Shown: positions 18,496 to 26,930, counted from the stretch's first letter. The stretch: 32,000 nt of DNA from Anaerobacillus isosaccharinicus (GCF_001866075.4 NZ_CP063356.2:826164-858163), one strand, 5' to 3'. Notes: generated by a model not told the origin, from the sequence alone. Numbers and translations: made by a program.

Positions 18496-19005
18496 GTGAT
18501 AATCATCATATCATCTATTTTAACCGTTTTTTTAGTAGGTTTGTCAACTGGAGGATTACTCGTTTCAAGGAGAATAGATCCTCATCAAACGTTATTTATT
18601 GTAGTGGGGTTAGCATTTTTTTTATTTTTCTATATTGGGATGTTTATTGGAAGTAAGCTCTTGGCGTTTGTTAGTCACGGTGTTATGAGTATTGTCTTTG
18701 GTTTATTTTGTTTAGCTCTTATAGGTTTTTTAGTTTTGAAGTACGATCCATCCTTCGGGTATGTGAAGCAAGAGCCAGTATCACTAAGTGTTTTTATTGC
18801 ATTTTTTCTTTTACTTGGGATGGAAGTTGCTGTATTAGAAATATCACTTTGGTTTTCACTATTTGCTACAGCAATTTTTGTTGGAAGTTTATTTCTTGGA
18901 TTTATGTTTATGTACCAAATTCTTCATCGGCATCGTACGCCACAAATCTTAGCATTAATTCCCCTCGTTCCGCTTCTTTTCATCGGGCTTTTTAAACTGA
19001 TATAA
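18496..19005 (+). CDS. Polytopic membrane protein (5-6 TM), possibly a divergent DUF204 (MntP/YtaF-like) fold
   Basis: GTG start with GAGGTGAGG RBS. The protein is very hydrophobic with a two-halves organisation. The acidic residues typical of MntP are not evident, so the family call is weak. Confidence 0.4.
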   Translation: MIIIISSILTVFLVGLSTGGLLVSRRIDPHQTLFIVVGLAFFLFFYIGMFIGSKLLAFVSHGVMSIVFGLFCLALIGFLVLKYDPSFGYVKQEPVSLSVFIAFFLLLGMEVAVLEISLWFSLFATAIFVGSLFLGFMFMYQILHRHRTPQILALIPLVPLLFIGLFKLI

Positions 19006-19040
19006 TAGGAAGTAAGAAGACTGAGATAGGGTGAATATAA

Positions 19041-19244
19041 ATGAACACAATGTATGAACTAAGACAATTTTTACAAAAACATGGTGCCTTTATTTATACC
19101 GGTGACCGGGCCGGTGATATTGAACTTTTTGAAATGGAATTGAGGCAATTATACGAGTGGAATATGATAGATATTCAAATGCTACAGCAAGGTTTATTAA
19201 TCTTAAAGCGCGAATTAAGTGAATATAATCAAGCGAAAAACTGA
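19041..19244 (+). CDS. yqgQ: YqgQ-family small protein (DUF910)
   Basis: 67 aa. The pattern LRQFLQKHGAFIYTGDRAGDIELFEMELRQLYEWNMI resembles B. subtilis YqgQ, and the gene sits upstream of glcK as in B. subtilis. Confidence 0.7.
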   Translation: MNTMYELRQFLQKHGAFIYTGDRAGDIELFEMELRQLYEWNMIDIQMLQQGLLILKRELSEYNQAKN

Positions 19245-19288
19245 CTGATCTTTTTAATTCGGAGGCACAATAACATTGGGTGAATTAA

Positions 19289-20398
19289 ATGAGTATATTT
19301 TCAATGGAACACGTATGGAAAAAAACAGAGACTAACTTTGAACTAAAAAATGTTTCCCTCTCTATTTTGGAGGATGAATGGCTATTAATTTCTGGCCCAG
19401 TAGGAGAAGGAAAAGAAGTCCTACAAAAAGTTATTTTAGGCTTTGATAATGATTGGGATGGTTTGATTTGTTTAAACAAAAAGAATATAAAAAATTATGA
19501 GGGCTATGCTGAAAAAATAGCGTTTATCCATAACCGTTTTATTGAAGAAAAAGGTTCAGAGACAATTTTTGATTATCTAGCGCTACCACTGAAAATTAAA
19601 GGGAAAACCGAAATAGAAATAAGAAAAGAAATTAATAACGTACACAAGCAATTTATGAATATAGTGGAACTTACAAAAAAAATGAAAGACCTGTCGCTTC
19701 AGGAAAAAGTGTCTGTATCCTTTTTAAAAGCGATATTAATGAATCCAAGTTTAATTGTTATTGATGAACCTTTTTATCAGTTGTCCAACAGTAAAAGAAA
19801 ACTCATTTTAGAAACATTTAAGGACAATCTCCGTAATTGGAAAGGTTGTCCCGTTGTTATTTTTAGTAGCTATATTCTAGAGTGGCTCCCCTTTTGTGAC
19901 CGGATTGCAGTCTTTAAAGAAAACGGCCTTTTGCAAATAGGTGAACCACAGGTTCTAATAGAACACCCTCAACATGCTTTTGTTGCTAAGTACTTACATG
20001 GAGAAGATTTTACACTTTTAAAGGGAATCTTAAAAGGGAACCGTTTTATTACAGAAGGTTTTTCTTTTTTACTACCAAAACAAGTACTTCAAGACTATCT
20101 ATTCTTTGAAGGGCAAGAACTTGTCCTTGGAATGATGGCAACTAGTTTTCAAATAGTGGACAAGCCTATTTCTGATACCATTGGCCTGACTTTTAAAGCT
20201 CCAATTCATATTTTTTATGAGAAGAATGGTTTTTACAAGGTCTATTCAAACATCGGTCACTTTCCTCTAGTTGCCCAAATAAAAATAAATGGTAAAATTA
20301 ATGAAGGGGAGCAAGTACAATTATTTTTCCCTTTTGATCATTTACTGTTTTTTGACGGAAATACAGAAAAAAAGATTAATGCAAAGAGGTTGATTTAA
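19289..20398 (+). CDS. MsmX/MalK-like ABC ATPase paralogue with degenerate catalytic motifs (probable pseudo-ATPase)
   Basis: Collinear by eye with MsmX over its full length, including the C-terminal regulatory/TOBE-like domain and the HLLFFDGNTEKKI tail. Walker A is GPVGEGKE (S/T lost), the Q-loop IAFIHNRF, the signature LSLQE instead of LSGGQ, and the H-loop FSSY. Walker B LIVIDEP is retained. Confidence 0.65.
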   Translation: MSIFSMEHVWKKTETNFELKNVSLSILEDEWLLISGPVGEGKEVLQKVILGFDNDWDGLICLNKKNIKNYEGYAEKIAFIHNRFIEEKGSETIFDYLALPLKIKGKTEIEIRKEINNVHKQFMNIVELTKKMKDLSLQEKVSVSFLKAILMNPSLIVIDEPFYQLSNSKRKLILETFKDNLRNWKGCPVVIFSSYILEWLPFCDRIAVFKENGLLQIGEPQVLIEHPQHAFVAKYLHGEDFTLLKGILKGNRFITEGFSFLLPKQVLQDYLFFEGQELVLGMMATSFQIVDKPISDTIGLTFKAPIHIFYEKNGFYKVYSNIGHFPLVAQIKINGKINEGEQVQLFFPFDHLLFFDGNTEKKINAKRLI

Positions 20399-21366
20399 TG
20401 GATAATCATTGGTTTGTAGGGGTAGATATTGGTGGAACAACGATAAAAATGGCTTTTATCGATACATATGGTGAAATCATCACGAAGTGGGAAATTGCTA
20501 CGAATACGCATAATGAAGGTAGGCAAATTACAACTGATATTAGTAAGTCGATATTTATGAAATTAGATGAATTGAATGAGCCTAAGGAAAAGTTAGCAGG
20601 AATTGGTGTGGGTGCACCAGGATTTATTAATATGGAAAATGGCTTTATTTATAAGGCTGTAAATATTGGTTGGAAGGACTTCCCTCTAAAGGATCGTCTT
20701 GAAGTTGATACAGGATTACCAGTAGTCGTAGATAATGATGCTAATTTAGCGGCCCTTGGTGAGATGTGGCGTGGAGCTGGTGACGGCGCGAAAAATTTAC
20801 TTGCAGTAACATTAGGTACAGGTGTTGGTGGTGGGCTAATAGCCAATGGAAACATCGTACATGGAGTCAATGGGATGGCTGGTGAAATTGGTCATCTTAC
20901 ATCAGTGGCTAAAGGTGGAGCGCCATGTAATTGTGGGAAAACAGGTTGTTTAGAAACGATAGCATCGGCAACAGGCATCGCCCGAATTGCTAAAGAAAAA
21001 GCGAGTGAATCAAATGATAGTGAACTTGCCATAATCTTAAGTCGTGATGGTAAGCTTACGGCAAAAGACGTATTTGATGCTGCTAGTAAAGAAGATGCTT
21101 TGGCTTTGGAAGTAGTTGACGAAATAAGCTTCCACTTGGGATTAGCAATTGCCAATCTTGCTAATGCAGTAAATCCAGAAAAAATTGTCATTGGTGGCGG
21201 AGTATCTAAAGCTGGTGATTTATTAATTGATCATATTAATAAGCATTTTCAGACCTATGCTTTGCCAAGAGTAGCACAAGGTGCAAAGATTGCTGTTGCG
21301 ACGTTAGGAAACGATGCCGGTGTTATTGGAGCTGTCTGGTTAATCAAGCAGAAGGTTAATAATTAA
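20398..21366 (+). CDS. glcK: Glucokinase (ROK family)
   Basis: VGVDIGGTTIKMA ATP-binding motif, ROK signature and zinc motif (GHLT...CNCGKTGCLE). 322 aa. The start overlaps the upstream stop (TAATG). Confidence 0.9.
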   Translation: MDNHWFVGVDIGGTTIKMAFIDTYGEIITKWEIATNTHNEGRQITTDISKSIFMKLDELNEPKEKLAGIGVGAPGFINMENGFIYKAVNIGWKDFPLKDRLEVDTGLPVVVDNDANLAALGEMWRGAGDGAKNLLAVTLGTGVGGGLIANGNIVHGVNGMAGEIGHLTSVAKGGAPCNCGKTGCLETIASATGIARIAKEKASESNDSELAIILSRDGKLTAKDVFDAASKEDALALEVVDEISFHLGLAIANLANAVNPEKIVIGGGVSKAGDLLIDHINKHFQTYALPRVAQGAKIAVATLGNDAGVIGAVWLIKQKVNN

Positions 21367-21386
21367 AATAGTGAAGAAAAAGGAAT

Positions 21387-21424
21387 GGTCAGGCACCTCT
21401 TTATTGAAGAGTCTGGCCTTTTTT
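21387..21424 (+). terminator. Rho-independent terminator of the glcK operon
   Basis: Imperfect GGTCAG...CTCTT / AAGAG...CTGGCC hairpin (21387-21418) followed by T6 (21419-21424). Confidence 0.7.
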
Positions 21425-21599
21425 CGTGCTTATAATGTGCGGGTGTGGATGAGCTTCTTTTCTGAAAAGTTACGATCTTTATAGAGCCATATTAGTGCCC
21501 GAAAAATCGAATACTGGATAGTTTGGGTCACCGTAGAGCCCCTATTAGTTCACAATTAGGGTCACTATTAAGCATTATTAAATTCCCAAACTTTTTTAT

Positions 21600-21628
21600 T
21601 TGTGAGAGTTGTCGAATAGTGGGATAAT
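21600..21628 (+). promoter_or_regulatory. Strong sigma-A promoter, now separated from its gene by the IS
   Basis: TTGTGA (21600-21605), 17 nt, then TGgGATAAT (extended -10, hexamer 21623-21628). The predicted TSS at ~21635 coincides with the IS insertion point. Confidence 0.55.
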
Positions 21629-21635
21629 GGATAAG

Positions 21636-23520
21636 ATAGACTCTCGGAATAAATGATGAGTTTATCGAAGATTTGTAAAAAATTTACTGGGAATTTCATT
21701 AACAGGACAGCAAAGTGATGTGTTTTCATAGTGTTTTCAAAAAAGTGTATACCAAATAAGCCTACGGCTGCTATTTTTTAAAAATGACTAGGCGCTCTTA
21801 GAAAAGATGATTTCTTGGATGTTCAAAGTCTCTTTCTGACTACTGTACCAAGCATCTATGTGTTGACACATCATGATTGAATATAAGCGGACATACCACA
21901 TTTTTGTAGAGCGATGACGCCCAGATTCTAAGTGATAGTCGACTTTTTCTCTTTTGTTCGAACGTTCAACTGAAGTTCTTCGTTTATAAATCAGTTTCCA
22001 CTTTTCAGAAGACCTCGGTGTTTTAGTGAACAGACGAAGATTATCTTGCTTAAACGTATGAAATGTCCGGCCATACTTCGCTTTAGAACACGGAGTGGAA
22101 CATGTATTTTTTGTTCCGCAAGCTAGTGGACAACGCCACTTTTGGCGGTTTTGAGATTTGTCAAACCCATTGGGTTTCATTTCCATTCCAATTGGACAAA
22201 TAGGAACGCCTAGGGGAGAAATCTGAATATCACTTTGCGTACTGAAGTTTTTCTTTGTTCGAACATTAAGATCAATAAATGGTTCCACATTATGATGGTC
22301 CAGTAATTCGTAAATCGGTTCTGCATCATGTGCGGCATCGAGAAGGATTTTATCAATTGTGCCCAAGGTGTACCGTTGCGAAAATTCAATTGAACCAACC
22401 ACTAGGCTGACTGAATCATGCCGGGAAGCAGGATGCAGCCGTGGATATAGCGGCAAGTCGTATTGGCTATCGCTAGTGGATATCATGTAGAGATGATATC
22501 CGTTGAAGTACCTCTCCCGTGAACTATCCCAACCTGAGTCGATGTCAGGTTGAGAATATCGACGAGGATGAGTACAATTCGTTAGTCCTTGGGCACTACA
22601 ATCACAAATAGGTTTGCTCCTTGGGTATCTCGCTGTTTCCACGGGTGTCCCATCTCCAACAACACCAAGGGAATGGGGATCCCCAAGCAAACCCAATCTC
22701 GCTGAAACTTCAAGAAATTGAGATTGAAAAAACGCGTATAATTGATCTCCCGGCAATTGTTTTTGTTTTGAGCCATTGCGTAAATGACGATCCACTAATT
22801 TTCTAATAATACCAGGGTTTCTAGGAGTTGCTTTTTCACCCTTTTTCGGTTTTTTCTTCTTCTTCTTTTTTCGTTTGAGCTTAATAAAAGGTTTTACATT
22901 AGCCTTCTCAAAACCTGATAGCCGTCTGAAGAAGTCATAAAAAGTACCGACACCTGGAACATCCCCAGGTTCAAAGCCGCTAAGGATCGTGTAAAGAGGA
23001 ACACGATGGAGTTGGTTCACCCATTCTGTAATACTCAGGGTCGGACTTGTCAATAAACACAAAAGATAAGAGCGAAGCATGGAAGCAGGATCACGTGGCT
23101 CAGGACCTTTAACTGAATATGAATCATGAAGCCACGTAGTGGTAAACGAAAGATCCGTGATCCATAACTTCGAGATAATAGTCCAATCTTTTTGTACGAG
23201 AGTCAGTATACCGCCTGAGTAATGAGTATTTAATTGGTCTAAAACGAAGTTTTGATATGAGATATGTGGTATTAGCGCAGGTTTCATTTAAATCCCCCAT
23301 TTCACCGTATTGTTAGGAAGTCAATTCCTCCTCGGCGATTATTGGGGTTCCACTAAAAAGTCAAGTGTTTTTTTAGTTTTTTTATGATATTTTTCAACAA
23401 TTAATTTCCAATTGAAGAAGAAAACTAAAGTAAAAATCCCACCTAGAAATAGGAGGGATACAAATAAATTGGTTCAAGAAAACCTTGAGCCACAAGGCTC
23501 GGCAAATGCCGAGAGTCTAT
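21636..23520 (-). mobile_element. Intact insertion sequence, 1885 bp, IS4/IS5-superfamily DDE type (IS1182-like?)
   Basis: 12-bp perfect terminal inverted repeats: ATAGACTCTCGG (21636-21647) and CCGAGAGTCTAT (23509-23520). They are flanked by direct TAAG repeats (21632-21635 and 23521-24). The element carries a single 499-aa transposase ORF. Confidence 0.85.
21788..23287 (-). CDS. DDE transposase (Y-2-R-3-E-6-K motif; DUF772-like N-terminal region)
   Basis: YKRRTSVERSNKREK fits the YREK signature of IS4/IS5-type transposases. The N-terminal block RDPASMLRSYLLCLL...ITEWVNQL is DUF772-like. The protein also has a Cys-rich region and a lysine run (KRKKKKKKKPKK). GGGGGA RBS. Confidence 0.85.
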   Translation of the reverse strand: MKPALIPHISYQNFVLDQLNTHYSGGILTLVQKDWTIISKLWITDLSFTTTWLHDSYSVKGPEPRDPASMLRSYLLCLLTSPTLSITEWVNQLHRVPLYTILSGFEPGDVPGVGTFYDFFRRLSGFEKANVKPFIKLKRKKKKKKKPKKGEKATPRNPGIIRKLVDRHLRNGSKQKQLPGDQLYAFFQSQFLEVSARLGLLGDPHSLGVVGDGTPVETARYPRSKPICDCSAQGLTNCTHPRRYSQPDIDSGWDSSRERYFNGYHLYMISTSDSQYDLPLYPRLHPASRHDSVSLVVGSIEFSQRYTLGTIDKILLDAAHDAEPIYELLDHHNVEPFIDLNVRTKKNFSTQSDIQISPLGVPICPIGMEMKPNGFDKSQNRQKWRCPLACGTKNTCSTPCSKAKYGRTFHTFKQDNLRLFTKTPRSSEKWKLIYKRRTSVERSNKREKVDYHLESGRHRSTKMWYVRLYSIMMCQHIDAWYSSQKETLNIQEIIFSKSA

Positions 23521-23543
23521 TAAGTAACGAGGAGGGGTGAACG

Positions 23544-24665
23544 TTGAGAAAACTTTATGTAATCCTAATACTTATCTTCCTAACTAGTTGCAATCCGCCT
23601 GATGAGGTTCTAACTGGTAATAATGTTGGTTTGCACTCTTCAAATTTAGTCGGAAAATCTGGCGTGCCCCCAGCTTTAACTAAACAAGAACGGTTACAAA
23701 GTATCGGAACAAACATGTATAGCTTTGTATCGGTAAATGAATGGTTTGATAAAGAAACAATTCTATATTTAACCGATGAAAATGGCGTTTCGATTATTAA
23801 TAAGTTTGAAATTTTAACAGGGGAAGAAGAAAAATTCTTTCAAATAGATGAACCAATTGTTCGCTTAGATGCTAATCCAGACAAATCAGTTTTCGTTATT
23901 GAAGTAGCGACAATTAATGGGCAGAAAGAGTTTTATTTTCTAAACAAGAGTGGGAAAGTCCTATACAGATTAGAGGACAGTGGTGAAGAACTTCAGTTAT
24001 ATTGGAATCCGTATAAAGAAAATGAACTACTGATTGCAGTATTGCTAGAAGATTATTCAATTAAACTATTGAAGCTCAATCTTAATACAAAAAGACTAAC
24101 AGATTTTGACTTCGAACACTACTATGTACAATGGATAAATAAAAACGAACTTGCCTTTTTGAATTGGGATATGTTTTCACTCAGCTACTATGCACCGCTA
24201 TATACTTATGACATCCAAAAAAAACAAAAAATGAAACTTTCAGAGGAAATTATTGCTTTTTTTACATCTGAAAATTATTTATTAACAATTTCTATAGAAG
24301 ATACCGCTACGCAAAATTCAAACTATACTTTTTATGATTCTAATACGAAAAAAATTCTTTCTAAACTTCATGTACCTGTTTTAAATACGTACTCAGAGCA
24401 GTGGTGGATTCCAAATCACGAATTCCATGAAAATACCTTTTATTTTATTAAGCCTAATAAAAGTGGAGATTTGTTTAACTATAGTGAAGGGTACACCTTA
24501 GTCTCATTTCAAATGGATACTGGGAAAACAAAAGAAATTGTCTCTTTAGATGTAAATTATCCAATGAAACTCTCACCTAATGGCCGCTGGCTATTATACG
24601 GTTATCAATTAGAAAAAATCGTCGATATAAAAAAGAAAGAAGTCCATTCATTAATCTATTGGTAA
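23544..24665 (+). CDS. Lipoprotein, probable beta-propeller (YqgU-like by position)
   Basis: TTG start with GAGGAGGGG RBS. Lipobox LIFLTSC in MRKLYVILILIFLTSCNPP. Repetitive beta-rich sequence with a TolB-like LSPNGRWLLYG. Confidence 0.7.
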   Translation: MRKLYVILILIFLTSCNPPDEVLTGNNVGLHSSNLVGKSGVPPALTKQERLQSIGTNMYSFVSVNEWFDKETILYLTDENGVSIINKFEILTGEEEKFFQIDEPIVRLDANPDKSVFVIEVATINGQKEFYFLNKSGKVLYRLEDSGEELQLYWNPYKENELLIAVLLEDYSIKLLKLNLNTKRLTDFDFEHYYVQWINKNELAFLNWDMFSLSYYAPLYTYDIQKKQKMKLSEEIIAFFTSENYLLTISIEDTATQNSNYTFYDSNTKKILSKLHVPVLNTYSEQWWIPNHEFHENTFYFIKPNKSGDLFNYSEGYTLVSFQMDTGKTKEIVSLDVNYPMKLSPNGRWLLYGYQLEKIVDIKKKEVHSLIYW

Positions 24666-24703
24666 GCAAAACGATTGAAAATAATTAGTTTTCTGTCATA
24701 ATT

Positions 24704-24733
24704 GAATGTAGAATGTAGAATGTAGAATGTAGA
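24704..24733. repeat. Tandem heptanucleotide array (GAATGTA) x4 plus a partial unit
   Basis: Four perfect units span 24704-24731, followed by GA. The array lies 39 nt after the lipoprotein stop. A complementary CTACATT followed by TTT sits at 24784-24793. Confidence 0.9.
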
Positions 24734-24807
24734 TATTGATTGCTCAGGTTTTGAAGTGTTAATTTATCAAATCTAAGTAAATGCTACATTTTTAATGCCT
24801 AACTTAA

Positions 24808-24958
24808 TAAAGACTAGGGGTGCCAATCCGTTGGCTGAGAAAAAGGTAAAACTTTTACCCTTGAACCTGATCTGGGTTACACCAGCGTAGGAAAGTCGTC
24901 GATCAAATGCAACTATTAGTCGTAATCCGTCTTTCTTTACTGGATTACGACTTTTTTT
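24808..24958 (+). promoter_or_regulatory. TPP (THI-box) riboswitch with a terminator expression platform
   Basis: The aptamer GACTAGGGGTGCC...GGCTGAGA...ACCCTTGAACCTGATCTGGGTTACACCAGCGTAGGAAAGTC (about 24810-24899) matches the THI-box consensus. It is followed by an AGTCGTAATCC / GGATTACGACT hairpin plus T7 (24918-24958). The P1 3' strand AGTCGT can alternatively pair with ACGACT (antiterminator logic). Confidence 0.9.
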
Positions 24959-24998
24959 ACTAGTTTGATAAAAATCAATTTTTTACTGGAGGTATGAA

Positions 24999-25634
24999 AT
25001 GAAAGATTTTCGTTTATATGCGATAACTGGAGAAGAATTTCACAAAGGAAGAGATTTAATTCAAGTAATGGAGGAGGCAATTCTTGGTGGAGTCGATATT
25101 ATCCAACTTAGAGATAAATATAGTAGCAAAAAAGAAGTGCTTAGAAAGGCAAAACTATTAAAAGAACTAGCAAAAAAATATGATATACCATTAATTATTA
25201 ATGACCATATTGATGTGGCACTTGCCGTGGACGCAGATGGTATACATATTGGCCAAGATGATTTGCCGCTAGAAGAGGCCAGAAAAATTATCGGTAAAAA
25301 TAAAATAATCGGTATTTCAACTCATGAAATTGAAGAAGCACGAGAAGCCCAGAAAAATGGAGCCGATTATATCGGAGTTGGACCTATCTTCCCAACAAAA
25401 AGCAAAGTAGATGTGGTTGATCCTGTTACGACAAAATATATTGAGGAAGTAGTAAAGGAAATCACGATTCCGTTTGTGGCAATTGGTGGTATTAAACTGC
25501 ATAATGTTGATCAAGTGTTAGATGCAGGAGCAACTAGAATTTGTGCGATCAGCGAAATTGTTGGCAATGAGGATGTAACAAGAGTTTGTCAATTATTTAT
25601 AAAAAAAATCGATGAAAGGTTGTTGATTAAGTGA
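24999..25634 (+). CDS. thiE: Thiamine-phosphate synthase
   Basis: GGAGG RBS. Motifs LYAIT, IIQLRDK, LIINDHIDVALAVDADGIHIGQDD, GVGPIFPTKSK and VAIGGI, which are ThiE-type rather than TenI-type. Confidence 0.85.
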   Translation: MKDFRLYAITGEEFHKGRDLIQVMEEAILGGVDIIQLRDKYSSKKEVLRKAKLLKELAKKYDIPLIINDHIDVALAVDADGIHIGQDDLPLEEARKIIGKNKIIGISTHEIEEAREAQKNGADYIGVGPIFPTKSKVDVVDPVTTKYIEEVVKEITIPFVAIGGIKLHNVDQVLDAGATRICAISEIVGNEDVTRVCQLFIKKIDERLLIK

Positions 25635-25828
25635 TTGTAGTTATTAACGGAGAAACAACTGAACTAGAACTTGAAACTTTAGCAGAGATCGTTGCTCATT
25701 TTAAATTAGACCCAAATCTAGTCGTCACCGAAGTAGATAACTTAATTATTGAAGTTGAAGAACGTTCAGCTACGAAGCTTTACGAAGGTATGAAAATTGA
25801 GATTGTTCAATTTGTTGGTGGCGGTTGA
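25631..25828 (+). CDS. thiS: Sulfur-carrier protein ThiS
   Basis: 65 aa. GTGA overlap with the thiE stop. Ubiquitin-like length and a C-terminal ...FVGGG diglycine end. Confidence 0.8.
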   Translation: MIVVINGETTELELETLAEIVAHFKLDPNLVVTEVDNLIIEVEERSATKLYEGMKIEIVQFVGGG

Positions 25829-25864
25829 TAGATCATAAACATTAAAAAAGGTGAGGTTCTAAAG

Positions 25865-26671
25865 ATGACAATAGGAAAAGCTTTAACAATTGCTGGTTCT
25901 GATTGTGGTGGCGGTGCTGGGATTCAAGCAGACTTAAAAACGTTCCAAGAGCGTGATGTATTTGGAATGAGTGTAATAACCGTGCTAACAGCTCAAAATA
26001 CGTTAGGAGTTCATGGTGTATTTCCCCAAACGTTAGAAGCCATTGAGGGACAAATGGATGCTATTTTTCAAGATATGGGAGCTAATGCGGTAAAAACAGG
26101 GATGCTCTTTTCAGAAGAAATTATTAATCTCGTTGCCGATAAATTAGTACAATATGAAGTGAAAAATGTTGTTGTTGATCCTGTCATGATTGCAAAAGGT
26201 GGGGCTCCGCTTCTACAAAAACAAGCAATGAATGCTTTAAAAACAAAATTACTCCCATTAGCGACAGTGATTACACCAAATATCCCTGAGGCATGTGAAA
26301 TTCTTGGATTCTCTTCAATTGATACATTAGAGGAAATGAAAGACGCAGCCAGTGCCTTACAAAAACTCGGGCCAAGGTTTGTTGTATTAAAAGGTGGACA
26401 TTTAGAAGATGAAAATGAAGCTATCGATGTTCTTTTTGATGGGGAAAGTTTTCACTATTTTGCAGCGAAAAGAATAAAGACAATTCATACACATGGTACA
26501 GGTTGTACATTCGCGGCTGCAATCACAGCAGAATTAGCTAAGGGTCAAGATATAAGAGCAGCTGTAACAACAGCTAAGAATTTTATCCAAGCTGCTATTG
26601 AGCAATCTCTTTGTATTGGAAAGGGAATTGGCCCAACAAGACATAGTGCATATCGTAATAAAAAAGATTAA
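25865..26671 (+). CDS. thiD: Hydroxymethylpyrimidine/phosphomethylpyrimidine kinase
   Basis: ALTIAGSDCGGGAGIQADLKTF, KTGML, VVDPVM and the GTGCTFAAAITAELAKG anion hole. 268 aa. Confidence 0.9.
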   Translation: MTIGKALTIAGSDCGGGAGIQADLKTFQERDVFGMSVITVLTAQNTLGVHGVFPQTLEAIEGQMDAIFQDMGANAVKTGMLFSEEIINLVADKLVQYEVKNVVVDPVMIAKGGAPLLQKQAMNALKTKLLPLATVITPNIPEACEILGFSSIDTLEEMKDAASALQKLGPRFVVLKGGHLEDENEAIDVLFDGESFHYFAAKRIKTIHTHGTGCTFAAAITAELAKGQDIRAAVTTAKNFIQAAIEQSLCIGKGIGPTRHSAYRNKKD

Positions 26672-26677
26672 ACATTC

Positions 26678-26717
26678 GACTGTTCACAAGTAGTAATGAC
26701 TTGAGAACAGTCTTTTT
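26678..26717 (+). terminator. Rho-independent terminator of the thi operon
   Basis: GACTGTTC / GAACAGTC outer stem plus CAAGT / ACTTG inner stem, followed by T5 (26713-26717). Confidence 0.8.
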
Positions 26718-26811
26718 CCTGAATAAAGTGCTTAAAGCTAATCAAGGTGCCTTCAGCTAAAATCATGTTTTAGCGGGAAATAGGTAACTTCAATGAATGG
26801 AAAGATGTCTT

Positions 26812-26840
26812 TTTACATGTTTATCAATAAGTGCTATGCT
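26812..26840 (+). promoter_or_regulatory. Candidate sigma-A promoter for the 26931 gene
   Basis: TTTACA (26812-26817), 17 nt, then TGcTATGCT (extended -10, hexamer 26835-26840). Confidence 0.4.
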
Positions 26841-26930
26841 AGTACTAGTACCGTTTAATCGTAGTTTCTTTAAATGGGGTATGCAGTTAAGTTAATAAAA
26901 AAAAATAATCATTAACCCAAGGAGGGGCTT

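Noticed and set aside
22846-22878. A/G-rich run encoding KRKKKKKKKPKK in the transposase, considered as a programmed frameshift site
   Set aside because: The transposase reads as one uninterrupted 499-aa frame containing both the N-terminal DUF772-like region and the C-terminal YREK motif, so no frameshift is needed.
24999-25634. The first gene of the thi operon as TenI (thiazole tautomerase) rather than ThiE
   Set aside because: It has the ThiE-type metal and pyrophosphate-binding blocks (INDHIDVA...HIGQDD, GVGPIFPTKSK), which TenI lacks, so the ThiE call was kept.
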